Part shown: piece by piece, positions 8,984 to 18,903 of the stretch
How the letters are laid out: every line of letters begins with the position of its first letter
Position numbering within the stretch: the first letter of the stretch is position 1
Source: Opitutaceae bacterium
GTDB taxonomy: Bacteria > Verrucomicrobiota > Verrucomicrobiia > Opitutales > Opitutaceae
DNA length: 64,000 nt
Assembly (NCBI GenBank): GCA_050300215.1
Contig: JBNKXG010000001.1
Coordinates: forward strand, 276,627 to 340,626
Direction of reading: 5' to 3'
Notes under the pieces: generated by a model
What the model saw: the letters and a program-made list of their open reading frames with translations, nothing else
Told to the model about the DNA's origin: nothing
Database searches by the model: none
Translations under genes and position numbers: made by a program

Positions 8984-10795
8984 TTACATGCGTTCCAAAG
9001 TAGGAATGCCTAGCAGGCCTAGTCCTGTTTCCAGAACGTCTAGAGTGCGCTGACAGAGCATTAGGCGCCTGGACTGTATGTCTTCTTCGGGCACGATTAC
9101 TTTGTTGGCGTTGTAAAAGGAGCTGTAGGCGCCGGCCAACTCGAAGAGATAGGTGCAGAGCAGGTGCGGGCGTAGCGTTTCGATGGTCTGTTGCAGGACG
9201 CCGACGAAGCCGAGGATCTTGCGAGCGAGGGCGAGCTCTTCGGGTGTCTCGATGGTGCTGGCCTTGCTGGCCAGGTTCGCGAGGGCCGCTTGGTCGAAAT
9301 TGCGGAAGATGCTTTTGACGCGGGTGGCTGCGTAGAGCAGGTAGGGGGCGGTGTTGCCTTCGAAGCTGAGCAGCTTGTCCCAAGCGAAGACGTAGTCGCT
9401 GGTGCGGTTTTGGGAGAGTTCGGCGTAGCGGATCGAGCTGGTGCCGATGACCTTGGAGGCGGCGATGATTTCCTCTTCACTAAGCGGCGTTTGGCCTTTT
9501 TCGATCTTCTCCTGGTTCTTTTCGCGAATGAGTTTTTGGGCGCGTTCGATCGCCTCGGAGATGAGGTCCTTCAGCAGGACGGGATCGCCGGAGCGCGAAG
9601 CCATGGCTTTTCCGTTTTCGCCCATGATGGTGCCGTGGAAGACGTGGCTGAATTTCGGGAAGGTGCGACCGGTTTTTTCGAACCATTTCTTGGTGGTGAG
9701 CTCGAGCTGCTCGAAGTGGTCCTTTTGGCGGAAATCCGTTTCGATGATGATGCTGGACGCTTTGAAGTGCTCGGCGCGATACAGCATGGTCGCCAAGTCA
9801 GTGGTCGCATAGTTCGAGGCGCCGTCCGACTTGCGGTACATGAAGGGCTGGCTGGCGAAGCGCTTGTGCTCGGGGTGGAAGACTACCCAGGCTCCTTCGC
9901 TTTTTTCGCCAAGCCCGCATTCGTCCATCTCTTTATATACCTGTTCTACCATGTTGCGGTAGAAGCTCTCGCCGAGATAGTGGTCGAACTTGATGTCGAA
10001 GAGTTCGTAGACCTGCTTGATGCCGTTGATGCTGTGTCCGTTGACCTGTTCCCAGAGCTTCATGCTCTCTGGATCTTCGCTTTGCAATTTGACCAGTTCC
10101 TCGCGCGATTCGGTGACGACTGCCTCGTCTTCGCTGGCGAGTTGGCTGCCGAGCTTGTAGAGCCGCTCGAGTTCGCCGAGGGGATTGGCCTTCAGGTTTT
10201 CCTCGTCGAGGAAGCGCTTGTAGGCGTAGAAGAGGCGTCCGTAAGCGGTGCCCCAGTCGCCGATATGGTTGTCGCGAATGACTTTTGCCCCGCAAAATTC
10301 CAGCAGCTTGCAGATCGATTCGCCGATGATCAGCGAGCGAAGGTGCCCGATGTGCATCTGCTTGGCGGTGTTGGGGGAGCTGTAGTCAACGACTACGGTC
10401 TCGTTTTCCTGGAGTTGGGCGGAGGCTTTGCGGAGTTGTTCCGAGCCGGAGAAGGTCGTGAGCCAGGACTGGAGGAAGCTTGGCTTGAGGGCGAAGTTGA
10501 TGAAGCCCGGGCCGGCGATGGAGAGTTCGGCGACTTCTGCGAGCTCCTTGTTCTCCTGTAGCTTGTCGACGATGGACTGGGCGATTTGGCGCGGGTTGCT
10601 CTTGATTCGCTTGGCGTAGGGAAGGGCGCCATTGGCCTGCAAATCCCCAAATCGTGGATCCGCTGTTCGGATATCCGCCGAGAAGGAGTCTTCGAGCCCT
10701 GCTGAAGCCGCAGCTTCGAGCACGAGCGAGTCGATCTTTTTTGCGAGGTCGAACCAGTCTTGCATAGAGCGGGTACAAAATCTGGCTTCGCTCAA
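8984..10795 (-). CDS. argS: Arginine--tRNA ligase
   Basis: 603 aa with the class-I HIGH motif (MHIGHLRS) and an Arg-tRNA synthetase N-domain. The C-terminal anticodon-binding (DALR) domain ends ...GIPTLERM. Confidence 0.95.
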   Translation of the reverse strand: MSEARFCTRSMQDWFDLAKKIDSLVLEAAASAGLEDSFSADIRTADPRFGDLQANGALPYAKRIKSNPRQIAQSIVDKLQENKELAEVAELSIAGPGFINFALKPSFLQSWLTTFSGSEQLRKASAQLQENETVVVDYSSPNTAKQMHIGHLRSLIIGESICKLLEFCGAKVIRDNHIGDWGTAYGRLFYAYKRFLDEENLKANPLGELERLYKLGSQLASEDEAVVTESREELVKLQSEDPESMKLWEQVNGHSINGIKQVYELFDIKFDHYLGESFYRNMVEQVYKEMDECGLGEKSEGAWVVFHPEHKRFASQPFMYRKSDGASNYATTDLATMLYRAEHFKASSIIIETDFRQKDHFEQLELTTKKWFEKTGRTFPKFSHVFHGTIMGENGKAMASRSGDPVLLKDLISEAIERAQKLIREKNQEKIEKGQTPLSEEEIIAASKVIGTSSIRYAELSQNRTSDYVFAWDKLLSFEGNTAPYLLYAATRVKSIFRNFDQAALANLASKASTIETPEELALARKILGFVGVLQQTIETLRPHLLCTYLFELAGAYSSFYNANKVIVPEEDIQSRRLMLCQRTLDVLETGLGLLGIPTLERM

Positions 10796-11096
10796 CGAGC
10801 AAGCTCCGAATCAGTTTGGATGCGAATAGGTTTGCGAAAACTCACTGGTGATTACCTCAGTTTTGCCTGAGTAAAATCCTGATTGGACGTGTTCGGATAG
10901 GGGCTTGACACGTGTGGCATAATACGCTCTTCAAAATTGCCGCTTGGGCGGTCGTAGGTGTACGCGGTATGTCGTGGAATCCTTCGTAAGTCCAAGAGGG
11001 TCAATGGTGTGGGTGATGCTTTACTAGCGAATGGGTTCGCGGGTGTCGTCCATCCATGGCCGCAAACGGCAAGCAATACGTTCCCGTACAATCCAT

Positions 11097-12437
11097 ATGG
11101 TTAGAAAAACCTTAAGCAGCCGCCGTTTCATCAAGCCGAGCTACGCGTATCTTATCGAAAAGAAGCGCGAGGGCCAAGAATTCACCAAGGAAGAGATCAG
11201 GTATATAATCGACTCCATCTTGGATGGAGAAATGCCAGACTATCAAATGGCCGCCATGGCGATGGCCATCTTCTTCCAGGGAATGTCTGCCCAGGAAACG
11301 GCGATTCTAACGGAAGAAATGATGCTTTCCGGTGAAGTGATCGACCTGTCGCACATCGCGAAGCCGAAGATCGACAAGTACTCTACCGGTGGAGTTGGCG
11401 ATAAGACTTCGCTCGTGCTCGTTCCGCTCGCAGTGGCTTCTGGCATCGTAATCCCAATGATGGGCGGTATCGATCAGGACTTCGCCATCAGTTCGCTAGA
11501 CAAGCTCAGCGCGGTTCCCGGTTTCAAAGCCGACATGAGCATCGACGCCTTTGTCGCCCAGCTCGAGAAAATCGGTGGAGCGATGGTTCGCCAAAGTTCA
11601 GAATTGGCTCCTGCCGATGCCAAGCTCTACGATCTTCGCAAGAAGACCGCGACGATTCCAAGCCTCCCGCTCATCACTGGTAGCGTTCTTTCCAAGAAGC
11701 TCGCCGAAGGGGCGGAAGGCCTCGTGATCGACGTCAAGTGGGGCAATGGCTCCTTTATTCGCGACCTTGAGCAAGCCAAGCAACTCGCTCGTAGCATGAC
11801 CCGCGTTGGTCGTTCCATGAAGCGCCGCTGCGTCGCGCTGGTTACCGACATGAATCAGCCACTCGGCGATACGGTCGGCACGGCTCTCGAGCTCAAGGAA
11901 GCGATCCAGCTTCTTAAGGGCGAAGGACCGGAAGATCTGCAGGAGCTCGTGCTCAAGCTGGGTATGGAAATCGTGCGCCTCGCAGGCGTTGCCGGCTCGA
12001 CTCTCTCCGCGAAGCAAACGGTCCAGCGCCACATCGAGGACGGAACCGCCCTCGAAAAGCTCAAGGAAATCGTTGCCGCCCAAGGTGGAGACACGTCTTA
12101 CATCGACGACCCGGACAAGTTCCCAACCGCGAAGCACATTCGCAAGCTGCCCGCTCCGAAGCGTGGTTACGTCCACACCATCAACGCGGCGCAGATCGCC
12201 AAGGGAGTTCATCTTCTCGGGGCAGGCGCGGACGCGGATGGCAACATCGACTACGCGGTAGGCGTTTCCGAAATCAAGAAGGTTGGCACTCAGGTCAAGC
12301 AGGGCGAGCCGCTCATGATGATCCATTACAACGACGAAGCGAAACTCGAGCAGGCCCTCGAATACTTCAAGGCCGCCTACCGTCTCGCTCCGAAGCGTCC
12401 AACTCCACCGCCTCTCATTGTAGAGCGTGTTGCGTAA
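11097..12437 (+). CDS. deoA: Thymidine / pyrimidine-nucleoside phosphorylase
   Basis: Motifs YLIEKKREGQEFTKEEIRYII and YSTGGVGDKTS, plus a C-terminal PYNP domain. I chose the ATG at 11097 rather than the 22-codon upstream extension at 11031. Confidence 0.9.
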   Translation: MVRKTLSSRRFIKPSYAYLIEKKREGQEFTKEEIRYIIDSILDGEMPDYQMAAMAMAIFFQGMSAQETAILTEEMMLSGEVIDLSHIAKPKIDKYSTGGVGDKTSLVLVPLAVASGIVIPMMGGIDQDFAISSLDKLSAVPGFKADMSIDAFVAQLEKIGGAMVRQSSELAPADAKLYDLRKKTATIPSLPLITGSVLSKKLAEGAEGLVIDVKWGNGSFIRDLEQAKQLARSMTRVGRSMKRRCVALVTDMNQPLGDTVGTALELKEAIQLLKGEGPEDLQELVLKLGMEIVRLAGVAGSTLSAKQTVQRHIEDGTALEKLKEIVAAQGGDTSYIDDPDKFPTAKHIRKLPAPKRGYVHTINAAQIAKGVHLLGAGADADGNIDYAVGVSEIKKVGTQVKQGEPLMMIHYNDEAKLEQALEYFKAAYRLAPKRPTPPPLIVERVA

Positions 12438-12471
12438 GGATCGCATCGAGAAGAAATTCCAAACTTTCAAA

Positions 12472-12502
12472 AGCCGTCTCCCATTGGGAGGCGGCTTTTT
12501 TG
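12472..12502 (+). terminator. Rho-independent terminator after deoA
   Basis: GCCGTCTCCC-att-GGGAGGCGGC hairpin (one G-U pair) followed by TTTTTT. Confidence 0.6.
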
Positions 12503-12602
12503 TGGAGGGATCGGCTCCTGTCGGTCCGCGGACGACGTGGAAGTCGTCCCTCCTCTCTAAATCCTTGAATTCGTTTAACTTTGCTGCCACTAAGCGATCC
12601 CC

Positions 12603-13940
12603 ATGAAGCAACGCTCGATCCTGCGCGAAGTCTCTGTAAAAGGAGCATCCCTCCATACTGGCGACAAAACCCAGCTGACCCTCAAGCCGGCGCCCGCGAA
12701 CGCGGGCATCACGATCCGCCGCACTGACTTGCACGATAAGCCGGTGATCAAGCCGCATGTCTCGATCGTCACGGATCTCGTGCGAGCCACGACTTTGTCT
12801 TCTGGCCATGTCAAGGTCCACACGGTTGAGCACGTGCTTGCGGCTTTGCATGGCATGGGCATCGACAACGTCGAAATCGAGATGGATGCTTCCGAACCTC
12901 CTATTCTCGACGGTTCTTCGAAAGGCTTCGTTAACCTTATCCTCGAAGGCGAGCCGGTGGAGCAGGACGCCGAGCGCGAGTACTTCGTGCTCGACCAGCC
13001 GATTTCCGTGACCAAGGGCAATTCTTCGTTGATCGCTCTGCCTTACGACGGGTTCAAGATTTCCTGCACCTCGGCCGACGATCGCGGCATTCATACCCAG
13101 CACCTTTCCATCGAGATCGATCCCGATGTGTTCGCTACGCAGATCGCGGCGGCTCGTACCTTCACGGTTTACGAGGACATCGAAGAGCTGCTCAAGCTTG
13201 GCAAGATCAAGGGCGGCAGCCTCGAGAACGCGATCGTGCTCAAGGACGATAAGATCATGTCCAAGGAACCGCTTCGTTTCGACGACGAGCTCGTGCGCCA
13301 CAAGATTCTCGACGTGATCGGCGACGTCTTGCTGCTCGGCAAGCCGCTTAAGGCCCATATCGTGGCGGTTCGTCCCGGACACGCGGTCAATGCGGAGCTA
13401 ACTGCGAAGTTGGCGGAACGCATGGAAGAGCTCGCGAAAGGTGGGTCTAAAGCGGCTAAGGAAAAGCCCAAGACGGCGCGTATCGAGGAGGAGACCCAGC
13501 TCGACATCCGTCGCGTGATCGAGACTTTGCCGCACCGTTATCCGTTTTTGATGATCGACCGCGTGGTGGAGTTCCGCGGCGATGACGAGCTAACCGCGAT
13601 CAAGAACGTAACCATCAACGAACCGTATTTTCAGGGGCATTACCCCGGGCAGCCTATCATGCCCGGCGTGCTTCAAGTCGAAGCCATGGCTCAGGCGGCC
13701 GGCATTTTGATGCTTCGTAAGATCAACCAGGAAGGGAAGACCGCGGTTTTCATGAGCGTAGACAAGGTCAAGTGGCGCCGCAAGGTGATCCCCGGCGACC
13801 AGCTTCGAATCGACATCAAGCTTCTTAAGATCATGCGTGGCAAGATCGGTACGGCATCGGCTACTTGTTATGTAGGCGATGAAGTCGCGTCTTCTGGAGA
13901 GCTCAAGTTTATGATCTTGGGCGAGGGCGAAGACGTATAA
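12603..13940 (+). CDS. lpxC/fabZ: Bifunctional UDP-3-O-acyl-GlcNAc deacetylase / 3-hydroxyacyl-ACP dehydratase (LpxC-FabZ fusion)
   Basis: The N-terminal LpxC part has [20 protein letters not shown] and [13 protein letters not shown]-rich linker joins it to a C-terminal FabZ hotdog domain ([35 protein letters not shown]). Confidence 0.95.
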   Translation: MKQRSILREVSVKGASLHTGDKTQLTLKPAPANAGITIRRTDLHDKPVIKPHVSIVTDLVRATTLSSGHVKVHTVEHVLAALHGMGIDNVEIEMDASEPPILDGSSKGFVNLILEGEPVEQDAEREYFVLDQPISVTKGNSSLIALPYDGFKISCTSADDRGIHTQHLSIEIDPDVFATQIAAARTFTVYEDIEELLKLGKIKGGSLENAIVLKDDKIMSKEPLRFDDELVRHKILDVIGDVLLLGKPLKAHIVAVRPGHAVNAELTAKLAERMEELAKGGSKAAKEKPKTARIEEETQLDIRRVIETLPHRYPFLMIDRVVEFRGDDELTAIKNVTINEPYFQGHYPGQPIMPGVLQVEAMAQAAGILMLRKINQEGKTAVFMSVDKVKWRRKVIPGDQLRIDIKLLKIMRGKIGTASATCYVGDEVASSGELKFMILGEGEDV

Positions 13941-13961
13941 CCTTTTCAACTACGACGAGAC

Positions 13962-14753
13962 ATGAGTGGTAAAATTCATCCCACTGCGGTTGTTGATCCT
14001 AAGGCGGAGCTCGCCTCGGATGTGGAAGTTGGGCCGTTTGCTATCATCGGCCCGGGGGCGCGTATCGGCGCGGGGACCAAGGTCTGGCATCACGCCACGA
14101 TCTGGGGAAACACTACGATCGGTGAAGCCTGCGAGATCTATCCGTACTGCAGCATTGGCATGCAAACTCAGGATTTGAAGTTCAAGGGCGGCAGCCCGGG
14201 CGTGAAAATCGGGGATCGCAATATTTTCCGCGAGTACGTCTCGATCAACGCGGCCACCAACGACGGCGAGTTTACGGAGCTTGGAAACGATAACTACTTG
14301 CTGGCGTACTGCCACGTGGGGCATTGTTGCAAAATCGGAAACAACCTGATCGCCAGTAACGGAGCGACCTTCGCGGGCCACGTTATCGTAGAGGATCACG
14401 TGGGCGTAGGTGGTGGCGGTACCGCGATTCACCAGTTTTGCCATATCGGGAAACGCAGCTTTATCGGCGGTTGTTCCAAGGTGGAGCAGGACATTCCTCC
14501 GTTTATGCTTGGTGACGGAAATCCGGCGAAGATCCGCATGTTTAATAAGGTCGGCCTCGAGCGCAGCGGTTATACCCCTGAGCAGATGTCAGCCGTGAAA
14601 TTCATCTTCAAGGCCTTCTATCGACAGGGACTGAATCGCCAGCAGGCGGTGGAAGCAGTGCTCGGTAGCGAGTTCGCGGATACGGCAGAAGTGAAGGCTT
14701 ACGTGGCCTTCGTGGAAGCGTCCGAGCGCGGGATTACTGGCGGAACGAAGTAG
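13962..14753 (+). CDS. lpxA: Acyl-ACP--UDP-N-acetylglucosamine O-acyltransferase
   Basis: Hexapeptide-repeat left-handed beta-helix (IHPTAVVDPKAELASDVEVGPFAIIG...) with a C-terminal helical domain. It lies directly after lpxC/fabZ. Confidence 0.95.
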   Translation: MSGKIHPTAVVDPKAELASDVEVGPFAIIGPGARIGAGTKVWHHATIWGNTTIGEACEIYPYCSIGMQTQDLKFKGGSPGVKIGDRNIFREYVSINAATNDGEFTELGNDNYLLAYCHVGHCCKIGNNLIASNGATFAGHVIVEDHVGVGGGGTAIHQFCHIGKRSFIGGCSKVEQDIPPFMLGDGNPAKIRMFNKVGLERSGYTPEQMSAVKFIFKAFYRQGLNRQQAVEAVLGSEFADTAEVKAYVAFVEASERGITGGTK

Positions 14754-14758
14754 GGGTC

Positions 14759-14866
14759 CTCGTAGCGCGGAGCTTTAGCCCGCGTCCGCGGAGAATGGAT
14801 CTTGCACCGTGGACGCCTTTCGACTCAGCTCAAGATTTGCGTCGGGCTGAAGCTCCGCGCTACGAG
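14759..14866. repeat. Inverted pair of the REP-like element CGTAGCGCGGAGCTTYAGCCCGCG between convergent lpxA and the DUF72 gene
   Basis: CTCGTAGCGCGGAGCTTTAGCCCG (14759-14782) pairs with CGGGCTGAAGCTCCGCGCTACGAG (14843-14866). The same element recurs at 18953-18997, 48281-48308 and 56068-56099. Confidence 0.7.
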
Positions 14867-14872
14867 GTTGCT

Positions 14873-15766
14873 CTAAAACAAATCCAGTTGCTCGACTTCT
14901 TCTTCGGGTTTGATGCGATCGCTTTCGAATGCGGCGAGCTTGGGTAGCAGCGGATTGATGCGTTTGAGCTGCTGGTGCAGGCGGCGGGCGACGAATGGGG
15001 CGAAGGCATCGTCGCCGGCGTGGGCGAAGAGGTAGGGCTTTTTGCCTTCGAGTATCCACTTATTGATGACGGGTGCCCATTCCTTGATGAACATCTCGTT
15101 CTTCTCGATCTTGTTTTTGCCGACGAAGCGGAGGACGGGGTGTTTGGCGAGGGCGACATGACGAACTGGCATGTGCGGCTTTCGCTCGCGGGCTTCGCGT
15201 TCTTCGTTGTCGTCTGGTTCGCTGGCGTAGAGGGGCCGGGTGTCGAAGACGACTTTGTCTATGCCGCGGTTTTCGAGCAGGTCGTCGAGGCGTTTTTCGT
15301 TGTCGGCCTTGTCGTACCAACTGATGTGACGTGGCTCGACTGCGTACTCGAAGGAGTTGGGAAGCGATTTGAGGTAGGCGGCTAGCGTATCCAGGTTGTT
15401 GATATTGAAGGAGGGAGGCAGCTGGAGGAAGGTGACGCCGAGTTTGTCGCCGTGGGCGAGGGCTTCGAGGATTTTGAAGAAGGATTTGTTTTCTTCGTCG
15501 GCTCCGCTGAGGCGCCTCTCGTGGGAAATCGATTTCGGGAATTTGGGGGCGAAGCGGAATCCTTCGGCGGATTCGGCCATCCAGCGTTCGACGGTAGCCA
15601 GCGGCGGGAGGGCGTAGAAGAGGGTATTGCCTTCGACGGTATTGAATATGCGGGAATACTCGCGCAGCAGGTCGCTGGTTTCGACGCCTTTGCGAAACAC
15701 TTTGCCGATCCAGTCGCGATTTGACCATGCAGGGCAGCCGAGAAAGTAGGGAAGGTGTTTGGACAT
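14873..15766 (-). CDS. DUF72 (YecE/UPF0759) family protein
   Basis: N-terminus MSKHLPYFLGCPAWSNRDWIGKVF and overall TIM-barrel-like DUF72 pattern, 297 aa. Confidence 0.8.
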   Translation of the reverse strand: MSKHLPYFLGCPAWSNRDWIGKVFRKGVETSDLLREYSRIFNTVEGNTLFYALPPLATVERWMAESAEGFRFAPKFPKSISHERRLSGADEENKSFFKILEALAHGDKLGVTFLQLPPSFNINNLDTLAAYLKSLPNSFEYAVEPRHISWYDKADNEKRLDDLLENRGIDKVVFDTRPLYASEPDDNEEREARERKPHMPVRHVALAKHPVLRFVGKNKIEKNEMFIKEWAPVINKWILEGKKPYLFAHAGDDAFAPFVARRLHQQLKRINPLLPKLAAFESDRIKPEEEVEQLDLF

Positions 15767-15820
15767 GGGGGGGCGGACGAGTTGGATGGTTTGGGGATCG
15801 CGACCAAGGTCGCTCCTACA

Positions 15821-15857
15821 TAAAAAAAGAGGGGAGGCATTTAAGCCTCACCCTCTT
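15821..15857 (-). terminator. Rho-independent terminator after hisI (minus strand)
   Basis: On the minus strand: AGAGGGTGAGGC-ttaaat-GCCTCCCCTCT followed by TTTTTTT (the A-run at 15822-15828 on the + strand). Confidence 0.55.
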
Positions 15858-15867
15858 GGTAAAGTAG

Positions 15868-16305
15868 TTATTTCTTGTACACTTCGGCGGGATCGAAGAC
15901 CCGTTCCCCGCCGTCGTAGACGAGCTCTTCGCCCTCGAGCTTGCGATAGAAGCAGGACTTGTAGCCGGTGTGGCAAGCTGCTCCGTTTTCGCCGATGTCA
16001 GCCTTGATGAGGATGACGTCCTGGTCGCAGTCGGTGCGGAGCTCCTTGACCCATTGGATTTGGCCGGAGGATTCGCCCTTTACCCAGAGCTTTCCGCGGG
16101 AGCGGCTGAAGTAGGTGGCCTTACCGGTTTCGATGGTATGCTTGAGGGCTTCCTCGTTCATCCAGGCGAACATAATCACCTCGTTGGAATGGACCTCGGT
16201 CGTAATGCAGGGAATTAGGCCGTTGCTGTCGTACTTTGGCTGCAGCTTGTTGCCGTTTTCAATTTCCTCGTGCGAGGTGCGTTCGTGGATGCATGTGTGT
16301 GACAT
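15868..16305 (-). CDS. hisI: Phosphoribosyl-AMP cyclohydrolase (monofunctional HisI)
   Basis: Motifs LWVKGESSGQIQWVKELRTDCDQDVILIKA and ACHTGYKSCFY. I chose the ATG at 16305. The ORF extends to a GTG at 16404, so the start is uncertain. Confidence 0.85.
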   Translation of the reverse strand: MSHTCIHERTSHEEIENGNKLQPKYDSNGLIPCITTEVHSNEVIMFAWMNEEALKHTIETGKATYFSRSRGKLWVKGESSGQIQWVKELRTDCDQDVILIKADIGENGAACHTGYKSCFYRKLEGEELVYDGGERVFDPAEVYKK

Positions 16306-16547
16306 AACGCCGTGCAGGAAACGCGAGTGGCGGGGCTTTGTAAAGTCGGGAGTCGGTAAAGGCGCCCATCTCGTATGACCTTCGCGAATGGTCTCTATTA
16401 GCACGGGACCTAAATTACTGAGGGAATATGTAAAATTGAGAATTTCCTTCAGAGGCTTTCTTCGGCCGTCGAGTCCCTCGGTATGAAGATTCGATGGGTG
16501 GGTCTCTGAGATTCGGGGATTCTAGATGGAATTTGAAAGGGGTATTT

Positions 16548-18185
16548 ATGAGATTAGATAGTTTATCAATTCGTTGGCGGTTGAACGTTCTGCTAGGCGC
16601 AGTGGCGCTTCTTTTCATGGGGATGGCAGTCCTTTCCTTTCGCGTTACGAACGAGTCGAAGTCGATCGCCTCGGATGTGTTGGCCGATAGTCTTCTGAAG
16701 ATGCAGAAGGAGAAACTGAAGGTGGCAACGCACTCCCTTGCGGTTTCGCTTTCCGAGTCGATCGAAGGCTTGAAGACCGAGGAGGAAAAGGTGGAAGCTC
16801 TTCGAGCGGCGATCGATTTGGTTCGTTACGAGGATGACAAGTCTGGCTACTTTTTTATCTATCAGGATACGACGAATGTGGCCCTGCCGCCGAACAAGAG
16901 CTTGGTAGGCAAGGATCTCGGGCAAAAGAAGGATTCCAATGGCGTGTATTTTGTTCGGGACATGCGAGATCAAGCGAAGGCGGGAGGTGGTTTTGTTTCC
17001 TATCATTTTGAGAAGCCGGGCCAAGGTCTTGTGCCGAAACTCTCTTATGCGGAGGCTATTTCGGGAACGGACTTTTGGCTGGGTACGGGGATCTATCTCG
17101 ATAATATCGCTGCCCAGCGGGAGGCTCTTAGCCAGGCTTTTGGCGAGGAGCTATTTGGCGAACAGGCTCTCTTTTTCAGCGTTTCGGGGGGCTTGTTTCT
17201 ATTGGTGGTCCTTCCTATCTCGATCCTGATCGCGAGAAGCGTGACCAAGCCGCTGGATCGAGCGATGGTCCGGCTCAGGGATAGTTCGAAGAAGATCATG
17301 AGCTCCTCGAAGGAAATTGCAGACGCTTCGGATACGCTTGCCTCTGGTTCGTCTGAGCAGGCGGCTTCCATCGAAGAGACGGGAGCTTCGATTTGCGAGA
17401 TTGCCAATCTTTCGGACAAGAACGCGGACCGGGCCGAGAGCGCCTTTGGCTTGATGGAATCTGCCAACCGTTCGATTAGCGAGGTGAGCGATCATATCGA
17501 GGATTTGTATCAGTCGATGAAGAACATTTCGGATTCCAGCGCGGAGATGCAGGCAATCATCAAGACGATTGATCAGATCGCCTTCCAGACCAACATCCTT
17601 GCCTTGAACGCGGCTGTTGAAGCGGCCCGTGCGGGCGAGGCGGGAGCTGGCTTTTCGGTGGTAGCCGAGGAGGTGCGTTCTTTGGCGGGGCGTTCCGCGA
17701 CCGCTGCCAAGGACACGGCAGGCTTGATTGAGAATTCAGTCTCTACGGTAGGCCAAGGCACGCAGGTCATGGAGGCGGCGCGTCAGTCGTTTTCCGACAT
17801 GAAGGCGAAAACGACGGAAGTCGGCGCGATCTTGTCGGAGATCGAAGGTTTTTCCAGGGCCCAGTCCAGTGGCGTGCGTCAGGTAAATGTGGCGACTGAT
17901 CAGATGAACGAGGTCGTGCAGCAAAATGCGGCTCACGCCCAGGAGTGCGCCGCCGCCGCCGCTCAGCTCGACAAGTCGTTTCGCGATTTCGGCCAGATCA
18001 TTTCGATGATCGAGCAGGTGGTCAGCGGGGCTGGTCGCCCGGGCCAGAAGCGTCGAGAGTCGGAGCAAGCTCGCCCTTCTTTGGCCGCGACGGCGGGGAA
18101 TCCCTCGAGTGGAGACTCTTTTGATTGGGACGATCGAAGCCGCTACGAATCAAGCGACTCGTTTTCGAATGCGTTTGAGCGCTGA
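16548..18185 (+). CDS. Methyl-accepting chemotaxis protein with a periplasmic single-Cache-like sensor
   Basis: A TM segment is followed by a Cache-like region (YFFIYQDT..., GGFVSYHFEKPG, WLGTGIYLD) and a second TM. The signalling domain reads [40 protein letters not shown] at 16548 is preferred over the upstream extension. Confidence 0.9.
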   Translation: MRLDSLSIRWRLNVLLGAVALLFMGMAVLSFRVTNESKSIASDVLADSLLKMQKEKLKVATHSLAVSLSESIEGLKTEEEKVEALRAAIDLVRYEDDKSGYFFIYQDTTNVALPPNKSLVGKDLGQKKDSNGVYFVRDMRDQAKAGGGFVSYHFEKPGQGLVPKLSYAEAISGTDFWLGTGIYLDNIAAQREALSQAFGEELFGEQALFFSVSGGLFLLVVLPISILIARSVTKPLDRAMVRLRDSSKKIMSSSKEIADASDTLASGSSEQAASIEETGASICEIANLSDKNADRAESAFGLMESANRSISEVSDHIEDLYQSMKNISDSSAEMQAIIKTIDQIAFQTNILALNAAVEAARAGEAGAGFSVVAEEVRSLAGRSATAAKDTAGLIENSVSTVGQGTQVMEAARQSFSDMKAKTTEVGAILSEIEGFSRAQSSGVRQVNVATDQMNEVVQQNAAHAQECAAAAAQLDKSFRDFGQIISMIEQVVSGAGRPGQKRRESEQARPSLAATAGNPSSGDSFDWDDRSRYESSDSFSNAFER

Positions 18186-18196
18186 GGGAGTGGGGC

Positions 18197-18901
18197 CTAA
18201 TCGGCAAGCAGGAGGCCGGGCAGCTCTTCGAGGGCGCGGATGCTGCGGTATTGCTCGGCTTGGGCTTCGCTTTCGTCGCTGAATCGGATGGCGTGCCAGC
18301 CGGCGGCTTGGGCTCCTTCGATGTCGTGCTGGAGGGAGTCGCCGATGTGGAGAATCTGTTCGGGGGCGAGTCCGAGCGCTTTTTGGCAGTGTTCGAAGAT
18401 TTCCGGGACGGGCTTCTCGTGGCCGATTTCGCTGGAGACAAATAGGTGGTCGAAGCGATCGCTGAAGCCTGTTTCGGCTACGACGCGTCGCACGCGTTGG
18501 TCCCAATTGGTCAGTAGGGCGGTGGTGTAGCCGCGTTGGCGGAGCGTTTCTAGGGTTTTTGCTGCGGTGGGCTCTGGCTTCCAGCGGTGGCCGTGGGAGA
18601 ACTCGTCCCAGAGGGCTTGGAATAGGGATTCGAAATCGGTGGGTTGCGGACTGAGCTGGGAAATCGATTCGGAGACGATGGAGTGCCAATAGCTCCATTC
18701 TCGTCGCTCGCCGTCGAGGATGGCTGCGTCCTTGGAAACGGATTTGAAGGCGCGGCGAAAGCCCGCTTCGAGATCGGCGGCGGGATAGTCGAGCCCGTGT
18801 TGCTGCATGACTTCTCGGTAGATTTCGCCGACCGACGGGTAGGGATGGTAAATCGTGTGAGCCGCGTCGAAGGTGACGGCTTGGATTTGGGAGAAGGGCA
18901 T
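18197..18901 (-). CDS. HAD-IA family hydrolase (REG-2-like)
   Basis: Motif I is FDAAHT (DxYGT/DxVGT-type variant). Also has LLTNWD and the C-terminal motif HIGDSLQHDIEGA. Confidence 0.8.
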   Translation of the reverse strand: MPFSQIQAVTFDAAHTIYHPYPSVGEIYREVMQQHGLDYPAADLEAGFRRAFKSVSKDAAILDGERREWSYWHSIVSESISQLSPQPTDFESLFQALWDEFSHGHRWKPEPTAAKTLETLRQRGYTTALLTNWDQRVRRVVAETGFSDRFDHLFVSSEIGHEKPVPEIFEHCQKALGLAPEQILHIGDSLQHDIEGAQAAGWHAIRFSDESEAQAEQYRSIRALEELPGLLLAD

Positions 18902-18903
18902 GT

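Noticed and set aside
10905-10935. TTGACA...TAATAC promoter-like hexamers in the argS/deoA divergent region.
   Set aside because: The spacing between the hexamers does not fit a sigma-70 promoter (about 8 or 14 nt depending on the -10 choice). The consensus for this phylum is uncertain.
11598-13382. 594-aa minus-strand ORF. Similar long antisense ORFs lie at 9191..10561, 5428..6345, 24632..26080, 29507..31489, 49634..51016, 47546..48211 and 39705..40661.
   Set aside because: All lie opposite strongly supported genes (deoA/lpxC, argS, ppiD-like, murE/murF, LysM/ftsW, GS-like, DUF1989, MCP). All have the G/R/V/E- or R/P-rich composition typical of shadow frames in GC-rich DNA.
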